DNA from: Lama guanicoe
Taxonomy: Eukaryota
Direction of reading: 5' to 3'
NCBI GenBank assembly: GCA_013239625.1
Contig: MU053881.1
Location: forward strand, 12,786,879-12,850,878
Length of the DNA stretch: 64,000 bases
Made by a program: the position numbers and the translations under genes. Shown here piece after piece: positions 63,011 to 64,000 of this stretch (position 1 is the stretch's first letter; each line of letters begins with the position of its first letter). Under the pieces are notes generated by a model, which saw only the letters and a list, made by a program, of their open reading frames with translations, was not told the DNA's origin and did not search any database.

Positions 63011-64000
63011 TTAAAATTTGTTATTGTTTACTGTCTACTGCCATCTTGATCTGAGCATGCTGCAAACTCTATGGAATAGTTACTGCACTTAAGGAGCTCA
63101 CAGTCTGGAGTGAGCCAGGTCAGCTTTTGTTGTTGTTTTATTGCTTGTTTGCTTCACCATCCTCTGTAAGACTCGTGCTTTTTCTCATTGTGGTACAACC
63201 CACCATGACCTTTACTCAGCCTTCCTTTGACGTCTGCATTAATGTCATTCTGTCCCCTCTACATTTTACGCTTTCTCCAGAATGGAGAAACCTCCCATAA
63301 CCGTTCTCATACAGACATGAGCGCCTCTGCGTTGGCCGCTCTGCATTTCGTTTCTTTAGCTGTAACTTATTCTTACAACATTATGCTGCATTCATGTTCT
63401 GTAGCTGGTGGCTTCATGTGTGCTTGTCACATGTTCCTCAAGGTTACTGGGTACCATCTTTATACCAGTCCTCATTGAATCTTCATGGGTGACGTGCTCA
63501 AGCAATTGAAGTCTCAAGATGTTAAAAAGAACCAATCAAGAAGAAGATAAAATGCCTTTTACATTGAGTCAAAGCAAAAGGTTATTTAGGATACTTGTGA
63601 TTTTTTTTTTGTAAGTAGAATTGTGTACAGCAAACTCTAGAAGCAGTGTATCAGCTGTCACTAGTATTTATCTGTAGTATTTATAGAACTGGGGAGACTT
63701 ATTCTCCTCTTTGAACATTCCTACATCGCACAGTTATATTTAAATGTGTGTATTATTTTTATTGAAATAAATAAGTTAATTTTAATAAAACTTAATAATA
63801 TATTCTATTATGTACTGAATTATACAAGCCGAAATAAAAACTTTTCCTAATCGATTTTGGATTTCCAGAGACAAAGTACAAAAGTTTTGCCTTCTATAGA
63901 ATACTCTAGGTTATCAATAAATAGAAGACAGATTATATATGACTGCTTTGTAAAAGCTGTTTCACTCTATATTTCACCCTGTTCAAGGACACTATTACTC

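Overview
This is AT-rich, CpG-depleted mammalian non-coding DNA, very probably from a camelid, because it carries three tRNA-derived Vic-1-type SINEs and a young lineage-type L1 3' UTR. I recognise no protein-coding gene, RNA gene or CRISPR array. The supplied ORFs are chance ORFs, microsatellite translations or L1 ORF1/ORF2 remnants. The window is a mosaic of interspersed repeats (L1, L2, MIR, CR1/L3, L4/RTE-X, MaLR and ERV LTRs, hAT MER elements). Between them lie repeat-free tracts dense in homeodomain, TALE, RFX or Sox-Oct motifs that look like developmental enhancers. L1 3' ends lie mostly on the minus strand, which suggests a long intron of a + strand gene (inference only). The best-supported observations are retrotransposition events: two twin-priming L1 inversions, a tail-less L1 patch replacing part of an older L1, a CpG-rich solo LTR with a perfect 5-bp target-site duplication (TSD), and microsatellites born at different sites in sister L1 copies. 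I found no convincing previously undescribed biological system. Repeat family names come from recalled consensus motifs, and boundaries of old repeats are approximate.
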